Below, one piece after another: positions 5,100-7,663 of a stretch of DNA of 7,663 nucleotides. The stretch lies in IMG/VR virus record IMGVR_UViG_2778261534_000005; one strand, 5' to 3'. The notes under the pieces are model-generated. The model was not told where the DNA came from, ran no database searches, and was given only the letters and a program-made list of their open reading frames with translations. Source of the stretch: a virus. Lineage: Duplodnaviria; Heunggongvirae; Uroviricota; Caudoviricetes. The position numbers and the translations under genes were made by a program. Numbering within the stretch: position 1 is the first letter of the stretch; every line of letters starts with the position of its first letter.

Positions 5100-7277
5100 A
5101 TGAGCAAATTCACAGTTGATAGTTTTATCGTTGAGCTAGGCTTCAGCGAGAACGTTATTAAGGGCTTGCAAAGAGTTGAAAAGGCAGCTTTGCAGTCAGC
5201 ACAAAGAATTGAAAAGAACCTAAATAAAGGTTTCAGGATTAATACAAAGCAGCTTGATAGTAATTTAACGACTTCTTTAGGGCAACTTGAAAGGAAGTTT
5301 AATAAGACCTTTGACAAGATTGAACAGAGAGCAAGAAACACAAAAGTTTTCCGTTTCACAAGTCAGGTTAATGACGCTATTAATCCTCCAAAACAACCAA
5401 GACAGCCACGAATTAGCGGAAACAGAGCAATCACAGCAGCTTATTCAGCGAATATGAGCAAGCTAAAAGGCTTTGACCCTATTTTGCAGAAATACATCAA
5501 ATCTCAGTTTTACGGGCTATCTGCTAAAGCTGGGTCAATGGATAATTCAAAATTCAATGAGAAGCTGGCTCAGTTAAACACTTCAGTCAGAGAAGCAATT
5601 GCTAAAGCCAGAGGTCATACATCCACCAGCATTAACAATACAAGCGACGCATTTAATAATCTTGCAAGCAATGCGATTAAATTATCTGGTGCATTTTACT
5701 CTGTGATGGGTGCTCTTAACGCTTACAAGGCCATTATGAATGCAGGTCTTAAACGAGATTCCGCACAGAGAGCCGCTAAGTTTGTACTTGGTGATAAAGC
5801 ATCTGAAGCTGAAACATTTATCAGGGGACTGGCTGACAAGACAGGTCTTAATATCTCTGAAGGGCTATCAAGCTACGCTAAGTTTGCAGCAGGTGCTCAG
5901 GGTTCTATGTCACAGGAACAGACACAGGAGCTATTTGGTAATGCAACGGCTATGAGTCGCTTAATGGGGCTTTCTAACGACGAGCTAAACGGCATTCTGA
6001 AAGCATTTGAGCAGATGGCGAGCAAGGGCAAGATTCAAGCTGAAGAGCTTCGTGGGCAGTTAGGTGACCGTATGGCTGGTGCATTTAAGCTATTCGCTGA
6101 AGCATTGGGTATGACTGCTACAGAGCTTGATAAAGCGATGAAAGACGGGAAGATTTTAAGTAGTGATACTCTCCCTAAAGTCGCTAAACAGATGGGCTTG
6201 ATGATTGATAAAGCGGGTGGTTGGGCTGAAGTCGCTAAGAGCACTCAGACAGCTTTAGGTAAGTTAGCAAACAACTGGGATGACACGATGGTGAAAATCT
6301 TCTCAGGTTCACAGGATGAGCTAAATGGCTTCTTATCCAGCCTGAGTAACCTGCTTAGTGAAATGGGTATGAGTTCTTCTATCGCTGGTGATGCTATCGG
6401 TGGACTTATCGACATGCTTAAAGCTGGTGTAGATGATATCCGTATCTTTAACAATCACATTGAAGGCTGGATTTTACAGACTAAGAAGTTCTATTACAGC
6501 CTTGATGACACTAAACGAAAACTACTTGATGAAGTCGGTGATGGTTTTATCAATTTTGTCAAAGGTCTTGCTATAGCGTTATCTGCAAAGACGCTATTCA
6601 GTGCTACTACAGGGGTTATGAACCTGACAAGAGCAATCACAACGTTAGGTACAAGAGCTAATCAGGTGGCTGGTCAGGTAGCTACTGGTAAAGGTGGTGG
6701 AAAACTGAAAGGTGTAGCTGGTGGTGTAGGTAGTGCTCTTGCAATTGGTTATGCTGATGACGGTTATGAAACAGCGTTAGCATTAGCTTCAATGATTCCA
6801 CAAATCAGAGGTGTCACTCTTGGTTTATATGCATTGAAGAAAGCACTGGATTTTATGAATCAGGAAGTAGTCAAAAACGCTAATATGCATCCATCTGGGG
6901 TAGGTGTGGGTAGTGACTTTAATCCTGTGTATTCTGGTGACCCTAATAAACCGAATGTGATTAACGAAGGATGGAGTAGAATTTTTAGTTCAATGGGTGA
7001 ATTGTTTAACAATGCCACAATGAATATTGCAAGATTCAATCATCCAGAATTGATTACCATGAAACAAGATGCATCATTAACGAGCACTGACATCCAAAAT
7101 CTAAGAGATGAAATTAGTGCTTTGAGTAAACGTATTCAGGAGCCAGTGAAAGTTTCACTTGGTGGTGAAGTTGCCATTAAACCAGATGAAACCAGCTTTA
7201 TGACCTTTAGCAGTAATATCTACGACCAATATGCAGAAGCTACGTTATTAAGTTCATCATTCCCAGAAGATGATTGA
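5100..7277 (+). CDS. Phage tail tape measure protein, 725 aa
   Basis: AAGAGGTGA ribosome-binding site 8 nt upstream. Residues ~291..366 (nt ~5970..6197; LSNDELNGILKAFEQMASKGKIQAEELRGQLGDRMAGAFKLFAEALGMTATELDKAMKDGKILSSDTLPKVAKQMG) match the conserved tape measure domain pattern. Long Ala/Gly/Leu-rich helical-looking protein with a Gly-rich segment at residues ~526..549. Confidence 0.85.
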   Translation: MSKFTVDSFIVELGFSENVIKGLQRVEKAALQSAQRIEKNLNKGFRINTKQLDSNLTTSLGQLERKFNKTFDKIEQRARNTKVFRFTSQVNDAINPPKQPRQPRISGNRAITAAYSANMSKLKGFDPILQKYIKSQFYGLSAKAGSMDNSKFNEKLAQLNTSVREAIAKARGHTSTSINNTSDAFNNLASNAIKLSGAFYSVMGALNAYKAIMNAGLKRDSAQRAAKFVLGDKASEAETFIRGLADKTGLNISEGLSSYAKFAAGAQGSMSQEQTQELFGNATAMSRLMGLSNDELNGILKAFEQMASKGKIQAEELRGQLGDRMAGAFKLFAEALGMTATELDKAMKDGKILSSDTLPKVAKQMGLMIDKAGGWAEVAKSTQTALGKLANNWDDTMVKIFSGSQDELNGFLSSLSNLLSEMGMSSSIAGDAIGGLIDMLKAGVDDIRIFNNHIEGWILQTKKFYYSLDDTKRKLLDEVGDGFINFVKGLAIALSAKTLFSATTGVMNLTRAITTLGTRANQVAGQVATGKGGGKLKGVAGGVGSALAIGYADDGYETALALASMIPQIRGVTLGLYALKKALDFMNQEVVKNANMHPSGVGVGSDFNPVYSGDPNKPNVINEGWSRIFSSMGELFNNATMNIARFNHPELITMKQDASLTSTDIQNLRDEISALSKRIQEPVKVSLGGEVAIKPDETSFMTFSSNIYDQYAEATLLSSSFPEDD

Positions 7278-7289
7278 TTTAACGGTGTT

Positions 7290-7342
7290 CTACGTGAATA
7301 AAGCAAAGTTAATACCCACACCAAAAATTATTTTTCACGTAG
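7290..7342. promoter_or_regulatory. 9-bp inverted repeat CTACGTGAA-N35-TTCACGTAG downstream of the tape measure gene
   Basis: Arms at 7290..7298 and 7334..7342 are exact reverse complements. No T-tract follows the right arm. Confidence 0.4.
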
Positions 7343-7373
7343 CTCACGCTTAACAGAGAAAATACTTATATAT

Positions 7374-7663
<290 letters not shown>

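Noticed and set aside
4071-5100. Programmed -1 frameshift chaperone pair (G/GT-like) upstream of the tape measure gene
   Set aside because: The 67-aa ORF frame is closed by TGA at 4802..4804 directly before its ATG, and no extended -1 frame overlaps the 3' end of the 236-aa gene.
4952-5359. Minus-strand ORF 4952..5359 (135 aa)
   Set aside because: Antisense to the 67-aa gene, the terminator and the tape measure start. Leu/Ser-rich low-complexity product typical of antisense reading of AT-rich coding DNA.
5740-6454. ORFs 5740..5955 (+), 6035..6244 (-) and 6245..6454 (-) within the tape measure gene
   Set aside because: Embedded in or antisense to the tape measure coding sequence, whose own frame carries a conserved domain.

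Overview
AT-rich window that reads as phage or prophage DNA with four blocks. (1) 1..1060 has no convincing ORF and is built from degenerate repeats on several scales: a duplicated unit near 31..72 and 313..337, a ~94-bp tandem duplication at 846..1035, and recurrent GTTAAG motifs. (2) 1099..1506 holds back-to-back divergent promoters; the leftward one (extended -10) appears to drive a 62-aa single-transmembrane protein gene (1138..1326, minus strand) ending at a hairpin. (3) 1559..3594 is a rightward chain of six small, tightly packed or overlapping genes, including an HNH_3-like protein whose canonical histidine is not evident and a protein with a recombinase-type helix-turn-helix, ending in a 25-aa hydrophobic peptide. 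(4) After a ~475-bp noncoding region with a sigma70-like promoter and three hairpin/T-tract elements, a tail module follows: an acidic 236-aa protein, a basic 67-aa protein, a strong hairpin terminator, a 725-aa tail tape measure protein (5100..7277), and the start of a downstream gene (7434 to window end). No tRNA, rRNA, CRISPR array, integrase or transposase was recognised. Everything is from reading the sequence and ORF track by eye; no database search or folding was run, so functional calls beyond the tape measure protein are tentative. The most promising candidates for something undescribed are the repeat-rich noncoding block, the HNH_3-like/HTH gene pair and the promoter-plus-terminators region ahead of the tail genes.
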